64,000 nt of DNA, taken from positions 352,001 to 416,000 of the forward strand of contig CBDAOI010000003.1 of assembly GCA_965198005.1 (NCBI GenBank), read 5' to 3'. Source of the DNA: Spirochaetia bacterium (GTDB lineage Bacteria > Spirochaetota > Spirochaetia > SZUA-6 > Bin103). Positions 48,144-58,499 of this stretch are shown here, piece by piece. The number at the start of each line of letters is the position of its first letter. Position 1 is the stretch's first letter. The translations under genes were made by a program, and so were the position numbers. Below the pieces are notes generated by a model, which saw nothing but the letters and a program-made list of their open reading frames with translations, was not told where the DNA came from and ran no database searches.

Positions 48144-50086
48144 CAGAACCGAATGACCGACAGCAGGCCGGTGGTAAGGAACGGCACGTAGGTGATCACC
48201 AGGACCACCACCAGCAACAGCAGCAGGAACGGCACGACCGTGCGGTAGATCTGGAACAGGTCGCGGTCGAACCGGTACGACGCCAGAAACAGGTTGATCC
48301 CCACCGGCGGCGTGAGATAGCCCAGCTCCAGGTTGGCGAGAAACACGATGCCGAGGTGGACCGGATGGACGCCGTACGACAACCCCAAGGGGATCAGCAG
48401 CGGCCCGAGCACCACGATGGCGGAGAAGATGTCCATCAGCGCGCCGGCCGCCAGCAGGGTGAGGTTGAGCAGGATCAGGAACAGCAGGCGCGAGCTGATG
48501 GTGCCGCCCACCCACTCGACCAGCCGTGTCGGGATCTCGGCGTCCACCATGAAGTAGGAGAGTCCCTTGGCGGATGCCAGGATCACCAGCACGCCGCCGA
48601 TGATTGGCGTGCACCTGGCCAGCACCTGCGGCAGGCGGCGCAGCGAGATCTCGCGGTGCACGACCATCTCCACCAGCAGTACGTACAGCGTGGCCACCGC
48701 CGCGGTCTCCACCAGCGTGGTGACGCCGCCGAAGTACAGCAGGATGACCAGCACCGGCAGCGCCAACTCCCACCCGGCGGCGCGCGCCGCCCGCAGCGCC
48801 TGGCGCAGGTTGAACGGCTCCGGCGGCGGGCGGGCGGAGGCCGGGGTGTCGCCCGCATCGGCGGCGGCGTGCGCGCGCCGCCCCTGCACCGCCTGATAGA
48901 TGCCGAACCCCGCCAGCGCGAGCACCATCACCACGCCGGGGACGAACCCGCCGACGAACAGTTGGCGGATGTCGATCTGGGCGATGACGCCGTACATGAT
49001 GATCGGCAGCGCGGGCGGAAACAGCAGCCCGATACTGCCGGAAGCGGTGATCAGCCCGATGCTGAACCGTTCGCGGTAGCCGTTGCGCGTGAGCATGAAC
49101 AGCAGCAGTCCGCCGAGCGCGAGGATGGTGACGCCGGAGGCCCCGGTGAAGGTGGTGAAGAAGGCGCAGGTGAGCACCGCCATCACCGCCAGCCCGCCCC
49201 GAAACCAGCCGAACCAGGCGCGGAACACGCGCACCAGCCGCTCGCCCGCCTTGCTCTCCGACAGCAGGAAGCCGGCACAGGTAAACAGCGGCAGCGCCGG
49301 GACCAGGGGCTGGGACAGCATGGTGTAGGCTTCGTTGGGCACCACCTCCAGGGCGCCGCCGCTGCCCAGGAACTGCAGCAGGGTAAACCCGCTCAGGATC
49401 ACGAAGATGGGGGTGCCGATGAAGGCGGACGCCACCAGCAGCAGGACCAGCGGCAGGCGCGCCGCGGCGGCCACCGCGGCCACCGCCTCGGCCAGGCGGT
49501 AGCTGGGGTCGTAGGAAGGGAACAGCATGCCGAGCACCGACACCACCGGGGCGATGGCGAGCAGCAGGCCGGCCGCCGCGGCGCCGGCCAGGGCGAAGCG
49601 CGCGCCCAGCCCGCGCGGGCCGTTGGCCGCGAAGCGGACGGTGATCCAGGCGAACCCGACCGGCAGAATCGCCACCGCCGCCTGAATCGGGATGCCGCCC
49701 ACCCGGTGGTGCGGATCGAACGCCAGCACCAGCAGCGACAGCGAGCTGGCCGCCAGGGCGCTGGTGACCAGCACCGAGACGGCGCCGGTGGCGACGCGCA
49801 AGGGTTCGCCCCAGGCCGCGAGCGCGGTATGCAGGCCGCGGCTCAGTGCCAGGTGGGTTCCGTTGCGGGTGGCGATGATGCCGCCGAGCAGGGCCACCCA
49901 CAGCGTCAGGTGGCGCAGATACTCGGCGTTGGCGGCGATCCCGGCGTTGCGCAGCGCGCGCAGCACCACGTCCGCCGCCGGCAGCACCGCGAGCAGACCC
50001 AGGGCCAGGATGACGGCGCCATCCTCGATCCGGGCCAGCGGTGACGCGGGACCGGGGGAAGAGTCGGGTGGCGGCGGCGTGCTCAA
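48143..50086 (-). CDS. TRAP transporter fused small/large permease (DctQ-DctM)
   Basis: FTTFTGASGVTILALGG, SGSIGLLFPP, ELGYLTPPVGINLF. Confidence 0.92.
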   Translation of the reverse strand: MSTPPPPDSSPGPASPLARIEDGAVILALGLLAVLPAADVVLRALRNAGIAANAEYLRHLTLWVALLGGIIATRNGTHLALSRGLHTALAAWGEPLRVATGAVSVLVTSALAASSLSLLVLAFDPHHRVGGIPIQAAVAILPVGFAWITVRFAANGPRGLGARFALAGAAAAGLLLAIAPVVSVLGMLFPSYDPSYRLAEAVAAVAAAARLPLVLLLVASAFIGTPIFVILSGFTLLQFLGSGGALEVVPNEAYTMLSQPLVPALPLFTCAGFLLSESKAGERLVRVFRAWFGWFRGGLAVMAVLTCAFFTTFTGASGVTILALGGLLLFMLTRNGYRERFSIGLITASGSIGLLFPPALPIIMYGVIAQIDIRQLFVGGFVPGVVMVLALAGFGIYQAVQGRRAHAAADAGDTPASARPPPEPFNLRQALRAARAAGWELALPVLVILLYFGGVTTLVETAAVATLYVLLVEMVVHREISLRRLPQVLARCTPIIGGVLVILASAKGLSYFMVDAEIPTRLVEWVGGTISSRLLFLILLNLTLLAAGALMDIFSAIVVLGPLLIPLGLSYGVHPVHLGIVFLANLELGYLTPPVGINLFLASYRFDRDLFQIYRTVVPFLLLLLVVVLVITYVPFLTTGLLSVIRF

Positions 50087-50109
50087 CCCGGGCCTCCGCG
50101 GAGCCGCGC

Positions 50110-51153
50110 TCAGCGGGCGCGGTAGGAGCTCACCTTCTCCTGCACCAGCGCATACGCCCGCGGATCGATCAGCTCGTCGCGGACGTCACTCCAATGGCGG
50201 TCGATGATCCGCTGCCAGTCGCGCTCGAAGGCGCCGGTGGCCTGGTGCACCTTCAGGCCGAACACGGTCATGATTTCCACCGCCTGCTGGTTGAGCGCCT
50301 GCATTTCGGTCCGCAGGTCGCGCGCCGCGGCCCGCGCCACCTCCAGCAGCCGGGGGCGGACATCCGCCGGAATCCGCTCCCAGGTGCGCTTGCTGACCAC
50401 CAGGGCCCCGACCAGGGGCGCGAGCCGCAGGTCATTCATATGGGGCGTGACGCCGAACCATTGTGCATACGCCGCGTGGACAGGCGGGGCCACGTAGGCG
50501 TCGATCATGCCGCTCTGCAGGGCGGTCGCAACCTCGGTCTCCGGCAGGGTAACCACGTCGAAGCCGGCCTGCTGCCACGCCCGTACCATGGCCGGGCTGG
50601 CGTTCCCGATCCACAGCTTCTGGCGGCGCAGGTCGGCGTTGCTGCGCACCGGCTCGCGCGAGAAGAAGTTCACCCAGCCGATCGGCGCCCACATCACCGC
50701 CACGAACCCGCGCTGCTCCAACTCCTGCGCGAAGAACGGCATGGTGGCGTCCAGGATCGCGATCATCTCGTCGTCGGTGCGAATCAGCATCGGCTGCACC
50801 AGCGCGAGCATTCCCGGGTAGATCCGGTCGAATGCAGTGATCTCCATCGCCGCCGCGTCGAGCTGTCCGATACGCATCTTGCGTATGACATCCTCCCCGT
50901 CGCCGGCGATGCCCCCCGGAAAGATCTTGAGCTCTACCGCGCCGTTCGAGACGCGCGCCCACTCCGCGGCCACGTGCTGAAGGACGTCGTCCAAGGGGTT
51001 GTCGGCGCCCACCTGACTGGCCAGCTTGATGGTCAGTCCGGCGGCCATGCCGGCGTTCAGCACCAGGAGGATGGCCCCGGCCAGCGCGGTGCGGGTCAGG
51101 AACCGGCGCCTGATCCGCCGGCCGTGCGATGGAACGCGTGTACTAGTATTCAA
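50110..51153 (-). CDS. TRAP substrate-binding protein (DctP/TatP)
   Basis: IKLAS, IFPGGIAG..EDVIRKMRIGQLD, ALQSGMID. Confidence 0.9.
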   Translation of the reverse strand: MNTSTRVPSHGRRIRRRFLTRTALAGAILLVLNAGMAAGLTIKLASQVGADNPLDDVLQHVAAEWARVSNGAVELKIFPGGIAGDGEDVIRKMRIGQLDAAAMEITAFDRIYPGMLALVQPMLIRTDDEMIAILDATMPFFAQELEQRGFVAVMWAPIGWVNFFSREPVRSNADLRRQKLWIGNASPAMVRAWQQAGFDVVTLPETEVATALQSGMIDAYVAPPVHAAYAQWFGVTPHMNDLRLAPLVGALVVSKRTWERIPADVRPRLLEVARAAARDLRTEMQALNQQAVEIMTVFGLKVHQATGAFERDWQRIIDRHWSDVRDELIDPRAYALVQEKVSSYRAR

Positions 51154-52069
51154 GGAAATGGTCCCCTATGTGATCCAGATACCATCTGGCCAGTCGTTGC
51201 ATGATGACATTCTCCAGCCGCCACTGCGGCATGTCCAACTCTACCGCCAGGGCGGCCTCGAGCAGCGAGCGATATTCAGCCGGGTCCTGGTTGCGTACGG
51301 CAATCGTACCAGCCAGATTAACATAGGGAGTCACCCGGGCGCCACCGGCGAGCGCCACCGCCCGTTCGAAGTGGGCGCGCGCGCGGGCCTCGCTGCCGCC
51401 CATGTTCTCCGGCAGGCCTGCATGGTAGGCGAGCAGCAGCTCGTGGATCGCGCCGGAGCCGTAGGTCTCGTCCCAGCCGAGCAGCAGCTCCAGGATCGCC
51501 TGGACGAGGTGCCGCGTGACTACCAGTTCCAGGTCCGCGGGATCGGTCGCGAGCGCCCCCAGCCAGGCCGCCGACAACCAGTACAGGTAATCGATGCTCG
51601 AGGGGTCGACCAGCTCCAACGCGCCGGTCAGGTCGCCGCCGGCGAACCGTTCGCGGAACCCGGGATGGCGCAGCTCGAGTCCGCCCAACGCGTGCTCGCG
51701 CCCGCGCAGGTAGTGCAGCTTGGCACGCGCCATTTCGGCGGCGCGCCGCGCCACCTCGGGGTTGGGTATCTGCGTCGCCGGGACGTGAATGAAGCCGCGG
51801 GCGTAGGAAGCGTAGGCGCGCGCGGTGGCGAGCTGCAGCGGCGCGTCCTCGGGCTCGGCGGCCACCAGCATCTCGTGCAGCTTGATGGTGAAGGGCAGCG
51901 CCGCGGCCGCGAACTCGGGGTCTTCTTCGCCCGCGAAGACCGCCTGTCCGAGCTCGCCGGAGACCATGTCGGCCACGGTCCGGGTCGCCAGGCGGTCGAG
52001 GGAACAGCCGGTCAGAATGGCGGCGGCGATGCCCAGCACGCCCACGGCGCCGCTCCAGCTAGCCCGCAT
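51143..52069 (-). CDS. TRAP transporter T-component (TatT, TPR-like lipoprotein)
   Basis: Lipobox ILTG-C, EEDPEF...ALPF.IK..E, GGSEARARAHFERA; upstream of the dctP and dctQM genes. Confidence 0.85.
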   Translation of the reverse strand: MRASWSGAVGVLGIAAAILTGCSLDRLATRTVADMVSGELGQAVFAGEEDPEFAAAALPFTIKLHEMLVAAEPEDAPLQLATARAYASYARGFIHVPATQIPNPEVARRAAEMARAKLHYLRGREHALGGLELRHPGFRERFAGGDLTGALELVDPSSIDYLYWLSAAWLGALATDPADLELVVTRHLVQAILELLLGWDETYGSGAIHELLLAYHAGLPENMGGSEARARAHFERAVALAGGARVTPYVNLAGTIAVRNQDPAEYRSLLEAALAVELDMPQWRLENVIMQRLARWYLDHIGDHFLEY

Positions 52070-52104
52070 GCCGACACCAGAATACACCTTTGGACGCGGC
52101 CTCG

Positions 52105-52920
52105 TCAAATCACGCACCGGGCGCAGCGGGGAAACAGGCGCAGGGCGTTACGAGTCGTCTGCAGCTCGATCTGCTCCAGGCCGGTGCCGCGCACCGCCGC
52201 CAGCCGCGCCGCCACGTGGCGCACGAACGCCGGTTCATTGCGCCGGCCGCGCAGCGGTTCCGGGGCGAGATAGGGCGCGTCGGTCTCGAGCACGAGCCGT
52301 TCCGCGGGGGCCGCCGCGGCCACCGCGCGCAGTTCGTCGGAGCGCCGGAACGTCAGCATGCCGCCGATGCCGAGGTAGAAGCCGGCCGCCAGCGCCCAGT
52401 CGGCCGCGGCCCGGCCGGCGCTGAACGCGTGCAGCACCCCGGGCGGCGACGGCACGGTGGCGCGCTCGGCCCAGGCGCGCAGCCGCGCCAGCAGGTCGGA
52501 GGTGGCCGCGCGGTTGTGCAGGATCACCGGCAGCCCGGCGGCGGCGGCCAGATCGAGCTGTGCGTCGAGCCACCGGAGTTGCAGCGCGCGCGCCGGACCG
52601 CGGTAGTAGTCGAGGCCGATCTCGCCGATGGCGACCGTCTCCGGGGCGTGCACCAGCTCTCGCAGGCGCGCCAGCACCTCCGGCATCGGACCCGCCTGCG
52701 CGCACCACAGCGGATGCACCCCCACCGCCACCCGCAGCCCGGGCAACGGCAGCGCCGTCTCGCGGGCGGCCAGCTCCAGCGCGCCGCGCGCGCTGTCGGC
52801 GGTGGTGGCGGGGATGATCGTCCCGGTGACACCGGCCGCCGCGGCGCGCGCGATCACGGCCGCCCGATCGTCGGCGAAACGTCCGTCGTCAAGGTGACAG
52901 TGGGTGTCGATCAGCGGCAT
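52105..52920 (-). CDS. tatD: TatD family hydrolase
   Basis: IDTHCHL, GVHP, IGEIGLDY, LHNR, LETDAPYL, RNEP. Confidence 0.93.
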   Translation of the reverse strand: MPLIDTHCHLDDGRFADDRAAVIARAAAAGVTGTIIPATTADSARGALELAARETALPLPGLRVAVGVHPLWCAQAGPMPEVLARLRELVHAPETVAIGEIGLDYYRGPARALQLRWLDAQLDLAAAAGLPVILHNRAATSDLLARLRAWAERATVPSPPGVLHAFSAGRAAADWALAAGFYLGIGGMLTFRRSDELRAVAAAAPAERLVLETDAPYLAPEPLRGRRNEPAFVRHVAARLAAVRGTGLEQIELQTTRNALRLFPRCARCVI

Positions 52921-52966
52921 GGAGGCGGTGACGGCGGTGGCGACGTGGTCAGCGAAACACGCGTCG

Positions 52967-54931
52967 TCAGGGTGACGGCGCCTGCCGGCCGGCGCCATCG
53001 GGCGGGTCGTCCGCGGGCAACTCCAGCGCGGCCCGGCGCCGGCGCCGCCAGGCCGCCACGGCTTCCGGCGCGATCTCCGGCGCGCGCCACAGCGCCCAGT
53101 TGAGACAGGCGATCAGGTCGCGCGGCTCCTCGACTCCCACCCCCAGCCGGATCACCCGGCCGACGCCGATCCGGCGCAGCTCGGCGGCGGCGGTGAAGTA
53201 CTCGGAGACCGAGGGATGATGGTTGACCTTGGTCGCCAGCCCGTCGAAGCTCAGCGCGTAGCGGGGCACCTCGGTCATCGCCAGTACGTCACAGAAGTGG
53301 CGGGCCGCGGCTTCGCCGTGATCCGCGGTCGCGGCAGTCGCTGCGGCCGCCGCATCCGGCGCGCCCAGACGCAGGCTGACCATCGACCCCGGCAGCCGGT
53401 AATGGGCGGCGATGGTGGCCGCATCGGGGTGGTCCGGCAGCGACGGGTGGAACACCTGCTGCACGCGCTCGTGGCCGGCCAGAAACCGGGCGATCGCGGT
53501 GGCGGTGGCGCAACGCCGCTCGAAGCGCGCTCGTGCCGCCCCCCAGCCGTCGAGAATGGCGCGCGCCCGGCGCCAGTCGAGGATGCCGCCGCGCATCGCC
53601 TGCAGGTCCATCGCCTCGTTCAGGAGGTCGACGTGGTTGCTGGCGACGTAGCCCCACAGGTCGCGGTCCTGCCCCGCCAGCGCCTTGGTGCCGCTGGCCA
53701 CCACCAGGTCGATGCCGGGCACCTTCAGCAGCGGCCGGCGCAGCCCCCAGGGCGTGGCGATCGTGTTGTCCACGACCACCCGGAGCTGCGCCGCGCCGGC
53801 CGCGCGGGCGCGGGCCGCGACCGCCGCCAGGGCCGGCGGATCGAGGGCGCGCACCAGCGGATTGGTGTAAGTCTCGGTGAACAGCAGCGTGGTCTGCGGC
53901 CGCAACGCCGCGGCCAGCGCCGGCAGGTCGCCGTCGTCCACCAGCGTGACTTCGCCGCCCTGGCGTGCCGCCAGCCGCTGCAGGTAGGACTTGCTCTTGT
54001 TGTACACGCTGCGCGTCACCACCGCGTGACTGCCCGGCTGGAACAGGACGTCGAACGCCAGGGCGCACGCCTGCATGCCGCCGTCGGTGACCAGTGCGCC
54101 GGCCGCGTGCTCCAGACGGCACACCTCGGCAATCAGGCGGCGGCCGGTCTCGGTGCCGTAGCGCGCGTAGGTCTGCGGCAGTTCCGACCATGCTTCGGAC
54201 GAGAGCAGGACGGCGGCCGCCTTGCGCTCCTGCCAGCGGACCAGCGGTTCGCTGCCGAACAGGTCGAGTTGCAGCGTCTCCCCGTCCGGATGCAGGTAGG
54301 GCTGCCGATGGCGGCGCACGTTGGCGTCGATCGCCTCGTGCAGCGCGCGGGTGGCGTCCGCCATCCGGTCGCGCGGCGGCGGCGCGGCCGGCGGCGCCGT
54401 GGCGGGATCGAGGTACGCGTCGAGGGTGATCCCCATCAGGCGCAGTTCATGCTCCAGCACCGGGGTCAGCACGCCCGTGCCGGCGGCGGCGCGCAGCTCG
54501 GCGGGCGACCAGAACCGCGCCGCCTGGAGCTCGTCGGGATGCGGGGAGAACGGGCCGTTGTGGTCGATGCGAAACGTACGGACGTGTTCGGTCTCGAGCG
54601 CGGACCGCCACACGTAGTCGTGCTGCGGAAGCAGGTCGGAACGGGCGAGGGCGAGCCCCAGTTCCTCCTGTGCCTCCCGCACCGCCGCCGCGGCGTAGCT
54701 CTCGCCCACCTCCAGGTGGCCGCCGACCGAGCAGTCCCACTTGCCGGGCTCGAGGTCCTTGGTGCGCGACCGCTTCTGCAGCAGCAGCCGGCCCTGCTTG
54801 TCCCACACCAGGACGTGCACGGCGCGGTGCTCCAGGCCGGGGTCGCCGTGCACCTGGGCCCGCCACACGGTGCCGATCACCCGATTCGCGGCATCGACCC
54901 GGTCCAGCAGCTCGGGCGCCGCCCCGGCCAC
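52967..54931 (-). CDS. Nudix hydrolase fused to a Cys/Met-metabolism PLP-dependent enzyme
   Basis: HRAVHV..LLLQKRS and Nudix box GGHLEVGESYAAAAVREAQEELG; then YARYG, ETYTNP, VDNT.ATP, SGTK (PLP Lys), IRLGVGVE; start uncertain (54931 or 55015). Confidence 0.85.
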   Translation of the reverse strand: MAGAAPELLDRVDAANRVIGTVWRAQVHGDPGLEHRAVHVLVWDKQGRLLLQKRSRTKDLEPGKWDCSVGGHLEVGESYAAAAVREAQEELGLALARSDLLPQHDYVWRSALETEHVRTFRIDHNGPFSPHPDELQAARFWSPAELRAAAGTGVLTPVLEHELRLMGITLDAYLDPATAPPAAPPPRDRMADATRALHEAIDANVRRHRQPYLHPDGETLQLDLFGSEPLVRWQERKAAAVLLSSEAWSELPQTYARYGTETGRRLIAEVCRLEHAAGALVTDGGMQACALAFDVLFQPGSHAVVTRSVYNKSKSYLQRLAARQGGEVTLVDDGDLPALAAALRPQTTLLFTETYTNPLVRALDPPALAAVAARARAAGAAQLRVVVDNTIATPWGLRRPLLKVPGIDLVVASGTKALAGQDRDLWGYVASNHVDLLNEAMDLQAMRGGILDWRRARAILDGWGAARARFERRCATATAIARFLAGHERVQQVFHPSLPDHPDAATIAAHYRLPGSMVSLRLGAPDAAAAATAATADHGEAAARHFCDVLAMTEVPRYALSFDGLATKVNHHPSVSEYFTAAAELRRIGVGRVIRLGVGVEEPRDLIACLNWALWRAPEIAPEAVAAWRRRRRAALELPADDPPDGAGRQAPSP

Positions 54932-54948
54932 GGCCCGACCCGGCCGGC

Positions 54949-55530
54949 TCAGACCAGATCGCACGCCTCCGGGGGCATCCAGTGATGGTCCCGATTCTTC
55001 CATTTCACATTGCATCCGATCGGGTTGGTCAGGGGCACCGGCACCTCGGCCCCCGCCAGCAGCGCCTCGATCGCATCGCGCAACTCGTGCGAGGTCGCCC
55101 GCTCGGCGGCGAGCGTGTTGTCGTCCAGGCGGCCGGTGTAGCGCAGCCTGCGCGCGCGGTCGAACAGGTAGAAGTGCGGCGTGCGCAGTGCCCCGTAGGC
55201 GAGTGCGGCGCTCTGGTCCTCATCCCGTACGTAGGGGAACCGGAAGCCGCGCTCGGCCGCCCGTTCCCGCATGTGCTCGAACGAGTCGGTGGGGTGGCCG
55301 TCGGTCTCGTTGCTGTTGATCGATACCAGCGCCATGCCGCGCGGCTGATAGTCGGCGTACAGTTGGTTGATGCGCTGTTCGGTCCCGATGACGTGCGGGC
55401 AGTGGTTGCAGGCGAATACTACCGTAAGCAACTCCGCGCCGGCGAAGCTGCCGAGCGAACAGCGCGCGCCGTCCACACCGGGCAGGTCGAAGTCGGGCGC
55501 CGCCGCGCCTAGCTCAAGCGTGAATGCCAT
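54949..55530 (-). CDS. Thioredoxin-fold AhpC/TSA family protein
   Basis: APDFDLPG, CNHCPHV, YGALRTPHFY, YTGRLDD, IGCNVKW; AAGGAG RBS. Confidence 0.92.
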   Translation of the reverse strand: MAFTLELGAAAPDFDLPGVDGARCSLGSFAGAELLTVVFACNHCPHVIGTEQRINQLYADYQPRGMALVSINSNETDGHPTDSFEHMRERAAERGFRFPYVRDEDQSAALAYGALRTPHFYLFDRARRLRYTGRLDDNTLAAERATSHELRDAIEALLAGAEVPVPLTNPIGCNVKWKNRDHHWMPPEACDLV

Positions 55531-55851
55531 GCAGGGTCTCCTTGCTGATAATGGGTAGTGGTGGGTGTGGTATACCGCGAATCGGCCCGGACGTACAATG
55601 CGGGCCCATGGGGCTCGTGGAGGCACGAGGACACCCCGCGCCGGCGGGCGGCGCGCTGCTGGCCCCCCGGCCGCCCGATTCTTGCCGTCCGTGCCCGCCT
55701 ATGCTATGTTCCTGGCGCACTCTGGCTGGAACGCTCGCCATCATTTCATGGTTCACCCTGGACACGAATACAATCTTCCACACCGGACGTGGCCCGGCCC
55801 GCGGGCGCGGGCGCGACGGATTCTGACCCCGGTCGCGTGAGTGGGTATCGA

Positions 55852-57540
55852 GTGAACGAGTCAGCACGGTCATTCCGTCACACGGAAGACCACGAAAACG
55901 GCGCATGCGGCAGTGCACGGTGGCCGCCATCTTCGGACCGGAGCAGCGCAACCCTGTCCGGCGCCGACGCGATTGTGGTCGGTTCCGGCGCCGCCGGCGG
56001 GTGGGCGGCCAAGGTGTTGACCGAGGCGGGACTGAAGGTCCTCATGCTCGAGGCGCGCGAACCGTCGGCCAAGCGCAGCGACTGGAAGGCGGTTTGGTGG
56101 CCCAAACGTCTGTTTCGGCACGCGGCCGGCAGCCAGTCGATCCAGCAGTGGCATCCTACCTACTGGGCAAAGGACCCCGATCTGTTCATCAACGATCGCA
56201 AGTTTCCGTATGCCGCGCCGCCGGACATGCCGTTCGTGTGGATTCGCGGCGGCCGTCCGGGTGGCCGCAGTCTGCTGTGGGGCGGGGTTACGGTGCGACT
56301 GTCGGATTACGAATTCGCCGCGGCTGAGCGCGACGGTTGCGGGATCCCGTGGCCGATTCGCCATCGTGACCTGGCACCCTTCTACGACCGGGTAGAACGG
56401 TTCTGCCGCGTCCGGGGAACCCGTGAGGAGTTGCCGCAGGTGCCCGACGGCAGCTACGACGAAGCCAGCCGCGGCCTCACGGCGGCCGAGCAGCTCCTGG
56501 GAGAACGGATCGCGCACACCTGGGAAGACCGGCGGCTGATCCCCTCGCGCGGCATCGCCGGCAACGCGTCGAGCATCGCCACCACCATCCCGGCGGCCCT
56601 GGCCACCGGACGCCTGACGATTCGCACCGGCGCGGCAGTGAGCCACCTGGTTCCCGGCCGCCGTTCCGGCCGGGTCGGCGGGGTAGCGTTCGTGGACGCC
56701 GCCACCGGGCAGGCGCGGGAAGCGCATGCGCGCCTGGTGTTCCTGTGCGCGTCCACCATCGAATCGGTACGCATCCTGCTGCAGACCGCCGACGAGCATC
56801 CCGAACTGCCGATCACGGAGTCGGACTGTCTCGGACGCTACCTGATGGACCACGTAACGCTCGGCACGGCGCTGGAGATGGACGGCCTGCCCTTCGAACA
56901 GCCCGCGCCGCTGTCCGGGGCGGACTCGTTCCTCATCCCCCGGTATCAGAATCTCCGGACCAGCGAGCGCTACCTGCGCGGCTACGGCATGTGGGGCGCC
57001 ATCCAGCGGGACAGGATCTACGGCCGGCGCGGCCGGCCGGCACGCGGCCAACTCCTGATTCAGGGCGAGATGCTCCCGGATTTCGAGAACCGGGTAACCC
57101 TGAACGGCGTCACCGACCGCAATGGGCTGCGCGGAGTCAGCATCAGATGCACCTGGGGCGAGAACGAACGCGCGATGCACGCGGCCATGACCGAATCGGC
57201 CAACGAAATACTGGCGGCCGCCGGCGGCCGCACCCACCAGTTGTTCAACGGCACGCTCCCCGGCCCCTGGCGCCTGGCCAGCCGCGTCGAACGGCTCTGG
57301 CGCGCAGCCCCACCCGGACTCAACGTGCACGAGGTCGGCGGCGCCCGCATGGGGGCGGACCGGTCGACCTCGGTGGTGGACTCCCGCAACCGCTGCTGGC
57401 TGCAACCCAACGTGCTGGTGACGGACGGGGCGTGCTGGCCCAGTTCCGGCTGGCAGAGTCCAACCCTCACCATGATGGCGCTGACCGCCCGCGCCTGCGC
57501 GCTGGCGGCAGCCGACCTTCGCCGCGGCAACTTGAACTGA
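55852..57540 (+). CDS. GMC family oxidoreductase
   Basis: IVVGSGAAGG, GGRSLLWG, LGRYLMDH, HEVGGARMG, SPTLTMMA; start uncertain. Confidence 0.88.
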   Translation: MNESARSFRHTEDHENGACGSARWPPSSDRSSATLSGADAIVVGSGAAGGWAAKVLTEAGLKVLMLEAREPSAKRSDWKAVWWPKRLFRHAAGSQSIQQWHPTYWAKDPDLFINDRKFPYAAPPDMPFVWIRGGRPGGRSLLWGGVTVRLSDYEFAAAERDGCGIPWPIRHRDLAPFYDRVERFCRVRGTREELPQVPDGSYDEASRGLTAAEQLLGERIAHTWEDRRLIPSRGIAGNASSIATTIPAALATGRLTIRTGAAVSHLVPGRRSGRVGGVAFVDAATGQAREAHARLVFLCASTIESVRILLQTADEHPELPITESDCLGRYLMDHVTLGTALEMDGLPFEQPAPLSGADSFLIPRYQNLRTSERYLRGYGMWGAIQRDRIYGRRGRPARGQLLIQGEMLPDFENRVTLNGVTDRNGLRGVSIRCTWGENERAMHAAMTESANEILAAAGGRTHQLFNGTLPGPWRLASRVERLWRAAPPGLNVHEVGGARMGADRSTSVVDSRNRCWLQPNVLVTDGACWPSSGWQSPTLTMMALTARACALAAADLRRGNLN

Positions 57541-57545
57541 GCGGG

Positions 57546-58499
57546 TCAGCCGGGTCGGCCCGCCAGATACGCGAGCTGATCCGCGTCGAGCGCGAGCGCG
57601 GCCGCCCGCTGCAGTTCGGCCAGCCGCTCCGGCCGCCGGGTGCCGATGATCGCGTATACCCGCGGCCCGTGCGCCAGCACGTAGGCCAGCGCCACCTGTG
57701 CCGGGGTGCAGCCGATCCGCTCCGCCAGCATGCCGACTCTGCGCAGGCGCTCGTCGTTCGCCCGGCCGCGGTAGGCGCGGCTCCCGGCGGGCGTGCCCGC
57801 GGCGCGCACCCAGCCGCTGCCGAGCGGTGACCAGGCGAGCACCGCGGTATTGCTCTCCCGGTACTGGCGCAGCGCCTGCGCCCCGGCCCGGCCGCCCACC
57901 GATACGCATCCGGGATACGGTGGCTTGACCCAGACCGGCAGGCTCAGTTGCGGGCTGCTGGCGGCCGGGAGCGGCATCCCCTGCCGCGCCGCCAACGCGT
58001 GCAGCTCCGCAAACCGTTCGTGGGTCCAGTTGGAAACACCGTACGCGCGGATGCGCCCGTCGGCGACGAACGACCAGAGGGTTTCGGCGATCGGCTCGAT
58101 CGGCGCCGGGGCCGCGTCCCGATGCAGGAGATACAGGTCGACGTAGTCGGTGCGCAGGCGGCGCAGCGACCCGGCGAGGTCGCCCTCCAGGTCGCGGCGG
58201 CCGAGGCGCGGGCGTCCGAGCAGTGACGGGTGGCCGCCCTTGCTGATCAGATAGACGCGGTCGCGGACGTTGCGTGCGCGCATCCAGCGGCCGATCACCC
58301 GTTCGCTGCCGCCGAGCTGGTAGAGCGCGGCGGTATCCACCGCACGGATGCCGAGCTCCAGCGCCCGATCCAGGAGCGCGCACGCCGCCGCCCCGCGTAC
58401 CGAGCCGGGCAGCGACGGGGCCCCGGCGGCAAGCTGCGCGCCGCCCAGGATGAGTCGCGCCGACGGTAGCGGCCGGTCCCGCAGCCGCGTCGGTGTCAT
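57546..58499 (-). CDS. Aldo/keto reductase
   Basis: VDTAALY, ISKGGHP, SLRRLRTDYVDLYLLHRD, GVSNW, AWSPL. Confidence 0.9.
   Translation of the reverse strand: MTPTRLRDRPLPSARLILGGAQLAAGAPSLPGSVRGAAACALLDRALELGIRAVDTAALYQLGGSERVIGRWMRARNVRDRVYLISKGGHPSLLGRPRLGRRDLEGDLAGSLRRLRTDYVDLYLLHRDAAPAPIEPIAETLWSFVADGRIRAYGVSNWTHERFAELHALAARQGMPLPAASSPQLSLPVWVKPPYPGCVSVGGRAGAQALRQYRESNTAVLAWSPLGSGWVRAAGTPAGSRAYRGRANDERLRRVGMLAERIGCTPAQVALAYVLAHGPRVYAIIGTRRPERLAELQRAAALALDADQLAYLAGRPG

Noticed and set aside
55540-55950. Long leader or riboswitch upstream of the GMC oxidoreductase, and its 660-aa ORF call
   Set aside because: No recognisable aptamer; the N-terminal ~100 codons look non-coding, so the start was moved downstream
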